Of a DNA stretch of 64,000 nt, positions 12,471 to 24,042 are shown one piece after another. Origin of the DNA: Chiloscyllium plagiosum (taxonomy: Eukaryota); contig NC_057716.1 of the NCBI RefSeq assembly GCF_004010195.1, positions 26,253,132-26,317,131 of the forward strand. Direction: 5' to 3'. The position numbers and the translations under genes were made by a program. The notes beneath the pieces are model-generated. The model was not told the DNA's origin. It searched no databases and saw nothing but the letters and a program-made list of their open reading frames with translations. Each line of letters opens with the position of its first letter. The first letter of the stretch is position 1.

Positions 12471-13899
12471 AGCAGAAGGCCACCTGTTTCTATGATAGTT
12501 CACGAATAACTTCAGCACATTGAAGGTCTTAAATTTTCTAATCAGCAATCTGCAATATGTTTTAAAAGAATCAAATTCTTCCTGTAGTGCTGGATACACT
12601 ATGGTACCTATTCAGTTAATGTTGGCTACATGTGGCTAAATACTGGATAAAGTTATGTTTTAATATTCCATATCAGTTTGGGTTGTTAGGAGTATTTTGT
12701 GGAACAGCAACAGCCCTAATTTGTTTGATTTCTGATTTATAAACCAGTCTCAGCACTATACAGCACATAGAAATCTAGATTTACAGCAAACATGAAATAA
12801 AAGATCATTTATCATCTCTGTGTGATCAGATATTCATCCTCTTCACTTGTTAGTAAATTTTTCAGCTGAAGTAAATCACTGCTTACTACATGGGGCTGCA
12901 CAGTTTGAATTTGGCAGGTTAGGTTATGGGAAACTGTGGCAATTTGGTGGCTCCTAAATGATTGTTGCCACCAAACCCGTTTTGTCACCTTGTTCCAGGT
13001 AGTGCCTGATTAATCTGCCACTGATTTAACATCTTCCTGGGTTATGGTTTGTTTGAGGGTTAGCCGTAGAAGTTACAAGTGATCTTTGAAAGACAGGCAA
13101 TCCTATTCTGTAGGTGACTTAATTTGGTTTTTCTTTTGGAAGAAATATATTCTTGTTGAATGTGACGCATTGAGGGGAAATCTGAAGGGGTCAGTGCACC
13201 CTCTGAAGTTTGGCGCTGATGGCAACAATTTGACTGTCCCATGCGCTTTATCTATTAATCCCCTCCACAACCATACCCACCAACTCTCCAGCCATGTATA
13301 AATACTACATCAATACATCATCACAAATGTACGAATAATGATGTTTAGGATCGAGGTGGGGGGGAAAAGCAATGAAATAGGAATTCCCGGTTGTATCATC
13401 AGCTTCTTGCCGCTAAGAAATTTGAATCACTGTAGAAGCAGTGTGAGGTCACGACTCAGCCGCTAATGAATTCTATTGAATGCTTCAAAATTGTCAGAAT
13501 TTACTGAGTGAACATTTTGGCCTGGGCTGATCAAGCTGGTTCAGTTGGCTTTGTGTTCCATTGTTGGGCAAGGGTGAAGCCAGTTTGTGTGGGTATTTGT
13601 GATCCCTGTTCAGATAGAATCCCACCACTGCGCCACTCCCCTAGCCAAGGTGGAGTGAAGATAATTTCAGAATCATTCTGATGATTAATTCTTGACCATG
13701 AACATCTGTCATGCATGAGGGCTTGCATGCTTTGAATAATGCATCCCGATCTGGCCCTGTCTTATAGAAAGGAAGTTGAGACACTGGAGAAGGTGCAAAA
13801 GAGATGAATTGCGAGATATGCCAGACCAAGCGATTGTAACCATCATTAAAGCCTGAACTGGGCTCTGTAGTATGGAAGGGAAAAAGAGCCTTTAAAATG

Positions 13900-14220
13900 G
13901 GCAGGGTGGAGAGAAGATGTTTTCACTCTGCAGGAGCCCAAAACTTGGAGTAAAAAAAAAAGAAAATCACAAATAAATCCATCACGGTCTTCAAGAGAAA
14001 CTTTGTTATCCAGAGATTGTTTGGACTGTGGAAACTCGTGATCAAATGGAAAAGTTAAGATGGATGGAGAGATACTTTTAATGAGAGTCAGGAAAAGTAG
14101 GGAAGAGAGAAATTAATTGAATGGTAGGCTGACAGACTAAATAAATAAGAAGAATAAATAAATAAGGAGCTTAAACACTGAAATGGGCCGGTTTCTGTGC
14201 TGCAAGTTCAATGTAACTCT
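13900..14220 (+). mobile_element. CR1 LINE 3' remnant
   Basis: agagaaactttgttatccagagattgtttggactgtggaa (RNFF.QR...WN-like) and 3' tail gggccggtttctgtgctg. Confidence 0.55.
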
Positions 14221-14914
14221 GCAAGGGATGACAGACAGAAACAAAGTAAGTTCGGTGACCATAGGTGTTTTCATCAGTCTGTGTGTGGTTCATGAAAGCA
14301 GTGTGTAGTTTTAAACCTTCCTGGCGCCCCCCTGACTGCAGCTGCTTGAGTGTTGTGTTGCGACTGCAAAACACAATTTCACATTTAACAACGGTAAATA
14401 ACACTGCATCAAAGTGAAAATATAATCTGTGGACACTGAATAATTCATGGTGTTACCTGTTACTTGTTCTGATTAGCATAAATCACTGAATTTATTTGTT
14501 TACATTAATATTTAAGTATGTATGCTACGTACAAATGTAAAAAAAAGCTGAGCATTGTTTGCCCTAAAGGCTCAGGTTAGTGGATGACGGAATGTATCTG
14601 GTGATTGTTGACCCATTTGCCTTCCTTTGCAAGTGCAAAAGTGGTCAGGTGATTACAAAGTTGACTGCTTTAAAATAGATGATGTGAGGGAAACTGTGAC
14701 AAGCCATTTCCAGTGTCGCTCTTTGAATACTGGTCTTGCCGTGGAAACAGAAAGAGAAAAATCTGAATGGCAAATTTGATAGGCACACACAGGCAATATA
14801 TAAGGAGCACTGAACAGGAGGAGTGATGATTGAATTTGTGATGAACTAGAGTTGAATTGGAACTTGGAGACATGGGGCAATTAGCATGGAGGGGCTATCA
14901 TGGAGTGTGGAAAG

Positions 14915-15205
14915 AGAGATTTGCATTTATCCAGCGCAATCTCAGGAAAGTCCAACACTTCTTTGCTGTATGTTAATTTTTAACAATTCTAGCTAACTTG
15001 GCAACATAGTAGCCACCTTCTGCTCAGCAATGATCACAAACTGCAATGTTATAGTGATGTGATCTGAAAAACAGCACCTCCAGCAGTGCAGTACTCCCTC
15101 AATACTGCAGTGGAGGGTCAGCTTACATTTGTGCTCCAATGTCTGAAATAATGCTTTGAACTCAGTGTTCTTACTCTAAGGCCAGAGTGCTATCAACTGA
15201 GCTTA
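14915..15205 (-). mobile_element. DeuSINE (SacSINE1-like) remnant
   Basis: acagcacctccagcagtgcagtactccctcaatactgcagtggagggtcagc...agagtgctatcaactgagc. Confidence 0.6.
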
Positions 15206-15266
15206 ATGGAAAAGGAGAACTTATTCTAAAGAGATTTTAATCATGTCTTTTCTTTGTGCTTTCCAG

Positions 15267-15311
15267 TGGCGGATGAAGGCAACGTTAGATCTCTAGCAGT
15301 GCTTCAATCTG
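15267..15311 (+). CDS. PARD3B: PARD3B 45-nt coding exon D (phase 1->1)
   Basis: Strong acceptor tcttttctttgtgctttccag|, donor G|gtaaga; only phase 1 is open: (V)ADEGNVRSLAVLQS. Matches recalled human PARD3B DLVPDESKVHSLAGQKS better than PARD3 DLGIADETKLNTVDDQKA. Confidence 0.88.
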
Positions 15312-15829
15312 GTAAGATGTTATGATGTTTATCTTTGCAATAATTTATTCCCAGTGGCTCAATGTTTGGTCAAAGTCTGATTTATTGTGTTTCTTAATTT
15401 TGTTTTACTTTCATAAAATATTTCCTGTTTTCCATTAAATCTGGTACTGAATTCAAGCCTGCAGTCGGATTTACTTCGTTCAATATTGCGGCATTTAATC
15501 ATATGGTGTGAAATTTGAAGCATCCGCCATTCTTTTGAATGCTAAGCATCATGTCCCTTACTACACCACAGTCCAGCTAACATCCCCTTTCAACTTTGCA
15601 CAGCTGAGCACAGTTTAAGGAGCAGGAAGAACTCTTCATTGCTATTTGAAGGGGTCACTGGTTAGTTGCTTGTTGATATTATATGATTGTTACCTTGCTG
15701 TTCAACTCATTGAGATCGATAGGGAATGGCTTGGCAGATGCTCAAGATTTTTGTCATCCTTAAGGTCTCCACACAGCCATTTGTGATTGTAGCCATTTCT
15801 CTTGGAACACAGCATGACTTGTCGAATGA

Positions 15830-16400
15830 ATTTGATTGATCTGATTTATTGTAGTCACGTTTGCTAAGTACAGTAAAAAGCATTGTCTTGCAAGCAGTAC
15901 AGGCAGTTCATAACAAGCAAGGACATACAGATCATAAGCTGCATAAACAGAGTGAGGTAGACAGGTTACACTGCACAGGAGGTGCGCAAGCAAGGTCAAC
16001 ATTACTTCAGTCTAATAACAGCAGGGAAGAAGCTGTTCTTGAACCTGTTGATGTGGGTGTGTGTGTGTGTGTGTGTTCAAGCTTCTGTATCTTCTACCTG
16101 ACAGAAGAGGTTATAGGAGAGCATTACCGGGTGGGAAGGGTTTTCAATGATGGCAGCCTTTCCGCAGCAATGAGAAGTGTAAATGGACTCAATGGATGGG
16201 AGGTTGGCTTCCATGATGGTCTGGGTTGTGCGCACGATCTTCTGTTGTTTCTTACATTCTTGGGCAGAACTGTGGCCTTCCAAGGCCATTGTGCATCTGA
16301 TAGTATGTTTTCTATGGTGCATCAGTAAAAGTTGATGAGGCCATGGACATGTCGAATTTCCTAAGTGTCAATGGAAGAAGAGGGGTTGAAGTGCCTTAAC
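15830..16400 (-). mobile_element. Rex1/Babar 3' remnant (contains a GT microsatellite)
   Basis: ORF 16077..16322 (EANLPSIESIYTSHC.GKA) parallels the Rex1 C-terminus at 11079; tail gatttattgtagtcacg. Confidence 0.75.
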
Positions 16401-17089
16401 AGAGGCCACCTGGAGCAGGGCAAGTTTCTTGCAGAGGGAACAGGGTGTCAAGAATTGGAGGGCTGCTAAAGAATCCCATTTATTCAAAAAAACTCCCTGA
16501 AACTTAGCCAGGAATCATAAGCTGACCACTACTGTGCAATTCTGGGCACTGATGTTGACTCTGGTTGGGGATCTCATGCTTGTACTTGCCAGCTGTGGAG
16601 CTGACTCAGTAATATTCCTGTGAGCAGCCTCCTGGTTGGCCATCTCTGGACTCACCGTCCAATAAAGGAGTGTGGATGGGACATGGGCGCTGGCAACCCT
16701 GAAGCCCTAGTCACATTGTGTGCTCCCATGGCAAGTCAGCAAGTGTGCGTGGGATGGATATGTATATAATTGAAAACCAAGGGTACTAAGCAACTTGCCC
16801 TCTCTGGATAGTCCATTGGGAACACGCAATCTGTCAACATCCCTATGGTGGGAGCTTAGAGACTCTAGCATTGATGGGCTACCACCAGGAAAATGCCAGT
16901 GAGCCAGAAAAGTGGCCCATGATAGGCGAGAATGGTCAATTATTTAAGCTCCACTTGGTAGGCATCAGAATATGAAGATGGTGTCACTGGGAAACATCAC
17001 TGTCTGCCGGTCATGACTAAATGCCAAAGACTGCAACTTTCCCAACTGTCCTGCCACCTTGGGACTGGGAAATTTATGCTTCAGAAAAG

Positions 17090-18250
17090 ACATTCTCACT
17101 GAAATCTTCCACACAGTGCAACCACAACCTCAGAGCAGGGAAGGAATGGCATTGTTGATGTTTGTGAAGGTGACTGCTGCAATGATCTTTCTTGCATCCC
17201 CATTCCTTCTAGGCTGAGACTGGAGATATTTGTACAGTCTCACAGTCTGTCATCTATTGATGCTTAACAGAGGTGACTGACGTTCCCCATTCACTCGGAG
17301 CTCATTATGCTTCATTCTTTCATGCCTGGGGGAAATGGCTGGAATGAGATTGTGGATTCATAGGGATTTCAGGATTCCCATGGTGCAGAGTGACATTGAC
17401 TGACTTGCACATCCCTTTGCAGGTGCCGCATGGCAAATCATCTTCTGCTGAAACCAATAGGAATTTCTGTTGCTTTATATTCAGCTAAGACATGCCAAAG
17501 GCAGAGAATCATGAGGACCAATACTTGTAATCCACCGACTGCCATTGTGCCTTGACTCCGAAGGAGTCTTTACATCAGCTGCTTTCGAGCCAGCCAGTAC
17601 AGTGCAACAATGGGAGTAGTGCAGGGTAGTTACGTCTATCCCTGAATACGTGGGTGGTAACATGGGTGTGTAATCTATACATACGTGCACACTCTGCAAT
17701 GTGGTAAAACAGACCTGTGCGTGAAAATGAAATAATGTGAGTACTTATGTGTCAAGATTCATAATGTTCTAATGAAGACTGTGTGAACTGGGGTCTGGTG
17801 TGGGTGGTCAGACCATATGGAAAAGCCCCAGCGCTGCGATGCTGTAAGTAATGTTCATTTGAATTGTTTTTATCTGACTAGAATGGCAATTCTCTAACTA
17901 TGTCCTACATTTAACTTATTCTTTAAACATTGTAATGTAAAAGTAATGCAAGTACTTTTCTCTTTGTTCCTATTTTGTAGCTAAGGTTTGTTCCTAGATA
18001 CTTGTACCTAAGATGGCGCCATAAGAGGCGACATTGTAAACTGTTTCATTGTATTCCTATTCTTCCGCACTTGAGTACACGTGAGAATAAAGGATATTCC
18101 ATTCTATTCTCCATCGTGGGAGGCAGTCCCAGTCACCAGCGATATGGCAAGACGCTCACATGAGGAGGAGCGATACGAGGAGAAGATTTAAAAAGCCTGT
18201 TTTCTAGCCGATTCTCTGTAAGAACTCAATCCCAGTACAAGACTGTTGAC
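17090..18250 (+). pseudogene. Decayed PIF/Harbinger DDE transposase (HARBI1-like)
   Basis: Across frameshifts: VKVTAAMIFLAS...TGDICTVSQSVIY*CLTEVTD; GISGFPMVQSDID/(CT)HIPL; IQL...QRQRIMRTNT.NP..CH.A; FEP...W; YPLNTWVVT. These align with the recalled Harbinger consensus (VKVTAALNFFASGSFQ..GD.CG.SQ; AGFP.VQG.IDCTH; NVQLVCD; YPL.TWLMTP). Interrupted by Rex1 at ~17850-18110. Confidence 0.72.
17850..18110 (+). mobile_element. Rex1/Babar-type 3' UTR fragment nested in Harbinger
   Basis: gtacctaagatggcgcc...gagtacacgtgagaataaagg...attctattct, similar to the 3' tail at 11440-11470. Confidence 0.55.
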
Positions 18251-18759
18251 TGCAATCCTAATTCTCCAGATGCCACCAACCCATTACTTTGCTTCCAGCT
18301 GTCACTCACCATCACAGCATCTGCTTGGCCACAATGCAGGCACAAACTCAAGTTTTAGAAATAAACTTACTTATACATGATAAGTAGTCCAAAACAGATT
18401 TATAAATGAAATCATTTCATTTTCCATGCAGAAGTCAACGACTCACACCGGTGTAAGCCCTATCCTATGCTCCTTAGCAAACTACTCCAGTGGCTGTGGT
18501 ATGGCTGGTGGAAGGCTGTTATCTTTCAGTAAAGGTGAAAACAGATAACCTTGGAAATTACCTCGAGCAGCCAGTCTGATTTTTTTACTCACAATGGGTC
18601 ATGAACAAAAGCAGTTTTGGGCTGATTGGTTGGCAGACACTGGCAGACTGGCCAGAATGGGAGGATGAATGTTAGCTTCCTGAGGTTTGGTCATTCCTCT
18701 GGAGCGTTGCCTTGGCAATCCTAGTAGTTCTTTTGCGGACAGCTTGTTGGATTGATTTT

Positions 18760-19015
18760 TAATTTGATTTGATTTATTATTGTCACATGCCTAGGTACAG
18801 TGAAAGATTTTGTTTTACCTGCAGTACAGGCAGATCGTACTGTACAAAATGCTTTAGAGTAATAGAATAGAGTGAGGAATACAGTATTACGCCTGCAGAG
18901 AAGGTGCACAAAGAGTGAAATCAGCATTAATTTTAAAATTTGAGGGGTCCATTCAGAGGTCTAATAACAGCGGCGAAGAAGCTGTTCTTGAATCTGTTGG
19001 TGCTTGTGTTTAAGC
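18760..19015 (-). mobile_element. Rex1/Babar 3' remnant
   Basis: gatttgatttattattgtcacatg..tacagtgaaag; aagaagctgttcttgaatctgttgg. Confidence 0.7.
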
Positions 19016-19839
19016 TATCATAAACTACCATGATATCGTCAGACTCCTTTTAAGCCTTTAATCCACAGCCATGATGACAAGTGGTTTGGCCTTTATGACT
19101 TTAGCTGAAGCTTCTACTGCCACACTCTACCTTCTGCTGGAAGTTGCTACTGCTGCAGTGGGAACTGTGATGTCAGACGCTGTTTGAGTCTACAAGTGTA
19201 TGGAGGAAGTTATCTATCACTTCATATTCGAGAAATTGGACATCCAGCTCAGTGCAACACCTGGACCAAGTTGGTACTGGCCTCCTCCATGCTTCTCAAT
19301 GTGGATGCATTTTGTTATATATAAGAACGAGACGCTTATTTCTGAGCAGCCCCATTGAAGTTTTCACGTTCTCCTCTGCCGCAGAACTTTCACATGACCT
19401 CATCTCCTGCTGAGCTGGCATCTGTGTTGCCCTTGTCTCCTGCCCTGTGTACAAGTCACTTGTTGCCTGATATCTCATCATGTGCAATTTCTGCCTTTCT
19501 GTTGGCCCCTAAGGTACATTGAGTTGCCACCATCTGTTCCTGTGATTGTATGCCTAAAATTAAGAGAGAGTGCTACGTCTTCACCATCGCTGCTCCCCTA
19601 TGCTTTCTCCACTGCCTGGCCAGGTTGCATATCTTGAATATTTGACATGAGAAAGGCAGAAGTAAGGGACATGCTTCATGGAGTAGGTGTGAGGTAAGAC
19701 ATGTGGTTTGCCGGCCAGAAGAAATTCGGGGTGAGGACAAGTGGAAATTGGGAAAGATGTTTTGATATGAGCGTACCAGCATCTTGAATATTCTCAGCCC
19801 TTCTGCTGGCCACTGCCTCAGCAGTGACCATCACAGTTC

Positions 19840-20285
19840 AGGATATGCTGATTCCTGGGATGAAGACATTGTCCTATGAGGAAAGGTTGAGCAAATTAGA
19901 CCTATTGGGATCATTGACGTTTAGACGAATACGAGACAATCTTATTGAAACAAAGAAGATTTTGCAGAGGCATCACAGATTCTGCAAGGACGTTGTGGGG
20001 GTTTGTAGAGAAAGCTCTGCTTTCAAAGTAAGGGGGTCTCCCATTTGAGATGAAGAAGAGGAGGAATTTCTTCTCTGAGGGTCATTAATCTTTGGAATTC
20101 TCTTACACAGAGCATCGCAGAAGCTGGAACATTGTCTAATTCAGTCTTAAAAAATATTCAGATTTTTGATAATCAAGGGAGTCCATGGTCATGAAGTGTT
20201 GACAGAAAAGTGGACTTAATGCCACAATCAACTAAATCATGATCTTACTAAATGGTGAAGTATTTTCAATGGGCTCAATTGGTTT
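19840..20285 (+). mobile_element. CR1 LINE 3' fragment
   Basis: ORF 19824..20048: LIPGMKTLSYEERLSKLDL...RRIRDNLIETKKIL. Confidence 0.8.
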
Positions 20286-20879
20286 GTTCAGGATTTTTTT
20301 TAATGATGAGTAATGGGCAGTGCTGCCTACAACATGGGGATTAAGCCATGCAGACACACCCATAGTTTTACATATGTGTACTTTGCCTTTAAGAAAGTTC
20401 ACCCTCTAGGACTTTGTGTGCTATGTAATGTTGCGACTCTGCCTGTCAGTTCGTTGTGTGTCTGAAAGCTGCACACACTGAACTAAGTTGATTGTTGTAA
20501 TGCCTGCTTCAGAACTTCTTATGTGTTTTACTATCTTAAATGAACTAACCCACTCAGTTAATTGATCCCCGACAAGTGATTGATTATTCGACCATAACTG
20601 TTACCACGGAAGGCGGTGCATCAGAGACTGTTTTGTAATCTGTAGGCTGATGCGGCTGTCCTAGTTGACCAGCCTGAGAGAGATATGGGGGTGAGGCTTG
20701 CAACATCGCTACATGTGTGAGGGTACATTTAAGGAGCACCTGGAACACGTGAATGCCAGGAACGAGTCCTGCCTGACGGAGTTATTGGTAACTGAAGGTG
20801 GTCTAGTGAATTGAGCACAGTGTGATGCAGTGTAGTGCTGTCGGTACCATTGATGATAATGAATTGATCTAGTCCACCA

Positions 20880-21070
20880 ATGTGAGGTTACTCAACTCTG
20901 CATCCAGGTCCTTGGGGTTTTATTTCTGACATTATCATTCACACCTACCCAAATCCACTCCTTCCTGAGCATGTATCAAGAGGGCCTCCTGGTGAATATT
21001 AGATATCTGCCTTGCTTTGCACCTTCTCCATAATGGCTCCAGTGTGATCTCTTTTGAGAGGATGACGATG
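20880..21070 (-). pseudogene. Decayed Myb/SANT-like DNA-binding ORF (Harbinger second gene)
   Basis: Minus strand: SKEITLE(A)IMEKVQSKADI*...MLRKEWIWVGVNDNVRNKTPRTWMQS*, matching the Myb/SANT-like pattern FS...LE.L...V...R..L...W..VA..VN....PRTW.QC; convergent with the transposase. Confidence 0.6.
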
Positions 21071-22230
21071 CAAGATTGAAAACTGATGCATCTTTTATAA
21101 CTGGTCATGGAATACATAGCTCATCCTTCTGCAGAGCTGAAGGAAATACCTCCATTTGCGTGCCACCTTCCGCAATCATCAGACATCCCAATGTGCTTTA
21201 CAATCATTGAAGCGTGTCATTATTGTCGTATTGCGGACAGCACCATTACTTGTGATACTAGACCTTTTTGTGGCATAATTGCAGATTTACGTCGTGGTCA
21301 TTTTGAACCTTAGTCAATGGATATTTTCTTAGGGCAAAACTCTAGTCTACTTTGTGTCCGACTTGTTTGTTAATAGAAACCATATTAGTCCAACCATCCA
21401 AAGATTAACCGGCAAATTTATAAGTGAGAGGATAATCCGATGACCTAGCTTGTATTTTGCTGAAGGGATAAAACAAAAATGATTCATTTCATTCTGGATT
21501 ATTCCCCTCCCTGCTATGTACCTCGAGGAAATAGAAAATCATTAGCAGAGATATAAAGTCTCTGCAGCAGAATAAACTTCCCATTGTGATCGACAGGGGG
21601 ATAAAGTCTGAGGTTTTGGAGCAGTGTGTTTTAGGAACTGATCCTGCCGCAAACTCCCCATTGTGGCAGTAATATCCATTTAATAGTGCATCATGTTGCG
21701 ATCCATATTCCCCATTCTCATCAGTGCACAGCATAATCTATCAAAGGGACATCACTGTCCCTGTAACTGTGTTAGGCAAGTTTTTTTTTGTTCTTAATCT
21801 ATTTATGAGTGCACATCATATTGTGTTGCTTGTGGGTGATGCCAAAATAGTACTTGACTTCCAAAACAGTCCCCCACTGAAAAGGGTGTTGATATTCTTG
21901 TAATTATTAGTTCTTGCCTCGAGTTTTTCCAGCAGAAGTATTCTAACTTGACCTGTCCTGCTTTGCAAATAATAAAATCTCTTTGCCCAGCAGAGTCATG
22001 GTATTTTGTTCTTGATATAGGTTTCCTTTTACGGATAGCTGATAAACACCTAACTTATCGTCCTAATCAGCTGTGTTTTTTGTTTGGAGCAGGGCATCTC
22101 GTTAGTGATCCACTTTTAGTTGGACTGTTCTCTGCACTTTTTACTTTACAAATTGTTGGGAAGGCATGCTGCTAATGATGCTGTTAGGGCAACATTTGTG
22201 ACCTAATTAATTGATGGGACCAGCAGTTCC

Positions 22231-22445
22231 AAAATAAAAATTGCTGGAAAACCTCAGCAGGTCTGACAGCTTCTGTTGAGAGAAATAAGAGTTAACATTT
22301 TGTGTTGAGTGACCCTTCCTCAGATGCTGAAGCAGGGCTTATACCCAAAACGTCGATTCTCCTGCTCCCCGGATGCTGCCTGACCTGCTGAGCTTTTCCA
22401 GCAATTTCTGTTTTGGTTGCTGATTTACAGCGTCCACAGTGCTTT
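22231..22445. mobile_element. Inverted pair of hammerhead-bearing short PLE-like repeats
   Basis: ttgctggaaaacctcagcaggtc ... gacctgctgagcttttccagcaa is an inverted repeat; minus core CTGAGGA AGGGTC.. and degenerate plus core CTGAAGC AGGGC TTAT ACCC AAAA CGTC. Confidence 0.7.
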
Positions 22446-23139
22446 AGGGCGAACAGTACCATTACTTAAAGAAATGCAGTTCAGAGTTTGAGTGATGGAG
22501 AAGGAAATAAGCTGTGTTTGAACCAAACTGTGTACATACAAGGAAAGGTTGTATTAAAAGAGAAAGAAGAGACTGAAAAGAAAACCAAAAAGAAGAAGTG
22601 ACCTATTTAAAAAGTCTCTCCGAACAATTTACCACCTGATGGAATGAGACTCTGCAGTTTAAATTGAATCTCTCTTGATTGGAAAGTGAACATCGACATT
22701 GCATTACTCATGAACGAATCATTGAAAAAGTCTCTCAAACTATTAATTACTGAACCTAAATTTCTGTGGCAAGTTCAGTGAGCGATTAATGTTCAAACTT
22801 TCAAAGGCCAAAAGAAAAGGTTTTTCCAATGCCAAATTGCTGCTGGGTGAGACAACTAGCAAAAAAAATCAACCAACATGTTCTGATTTTTACTGCCTCA
22901 AATTGCTTGCCGATTTGCAAATTAATTACAAGGCAGTCTGATACTTTTACAGCGAAGTCCCACCTAAACAGTGCATGGTAAGTATTCTGTTCCATGAAAT
23001 TCTTGTATGTTCATTATAAGGTAAATAAAAACCACAGAATCAAGGAATCCATTAACAAGCCCTAGCCGATGCGATTTGGTGGATCAACAGTATGGGGTTG
23101 AGCGTGGATCAGGTGGCAAAAAGATATACAAGAATTAAA

Positions 23140-23555
23140 ATCAGAACTGAGAGCTTGTAACAGAAAAGATTGAACAGGTAGGTGCTCTCTCCAATGAAAA
23201 GGGAAGGCTGAGGAGCTCACCTGACAGAGATCCTCAAAATGAGGAATGAAGAACAGATGTTTGCATTGTGGAGGAAACTAAAACAACGGTTCATAAATAT
23301 GCCGTTGAAGCTCACAATTCCTTTAAGACATTCAGGGGGAATGACTTTGCCTAGAGATTGGGTGAAATTATGGAACTCGGTGCTACAGGGAGCTATTGAG
23401 AGCAGATGCATTCAATAGAAAACTAGATTAATACAAGGGATTCGAAGATGGTTTGATGGAGTTAGATGAAGTAATGTGTGGAGGTGATTCTAATGGAGCA
23501 TAAACACTGGAACAGGCCAGTTGTTTCTGTGCTGTAAAATCCTGCGTTGTACTAT
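23140..23555 (+). mobile_element. Old CR1 3' remnant
   Basis: gaaaagggaaggctgaggagctcacctgacagagatcctcaaaat (EK.RLR..L.E..KI); tail ggccagttgtttctgtgctgta. Confidence 0.6.
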
Positions 23556-23994
23556 GTAATTGCAAATTGTTTCCTTGCAACAATTGCTTTGCTTCTCTGT
23601 TTTGTTCTTCAGAATATCTTTTATATTTGCCGTGCTCTGCTTCATAGCTCGATGCTCCAAGCGTCTCATGATGCACACACTATGATCTCACAGACATGCC
23701 AGGATGACACCTGCCAAAAAGGCAGGGATTCCCCTTTCAGTGCATCTGTTCAGTAGCATTACTGGCAGCATGTTCAGTCCATTCAGAGATCCAGCACTGG
23801 GACCTCTATATCTGCCAAGACTTCATTGTGCTGTTATCATTTAGCGGAACTGACCTGTAAAGCTCTTCAGTGAGAACCTTAGTCTTGATTTTCAGGAGTC
23901 TGTTTACTCCAGAGACCCAGAATATGTTAAAAGAAATGAATGACAGCTGGAAACCATAAGAATTTTAGATATGATTGTTGCTTTACATTATTCA

Positions 23995-24042
23995 GTGTGT
24001 GTGTGTGTGTGAATGTGTATATTATAGATATATACATATATA
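23995..24042. repeat. (GT)n/(TA)n microsatellite
   Basis: gtgtgtgtgtgtgtgtg...atattatagatatatacatata. Confidence 0.8.

Noticed and set aside
17481-17850. Minus-strand reading with TTHVFR (tyrosine recombinase-like motif)
   Set aside because: Better explained as the antisense of the decayed Harbinger transposase on the + strand.
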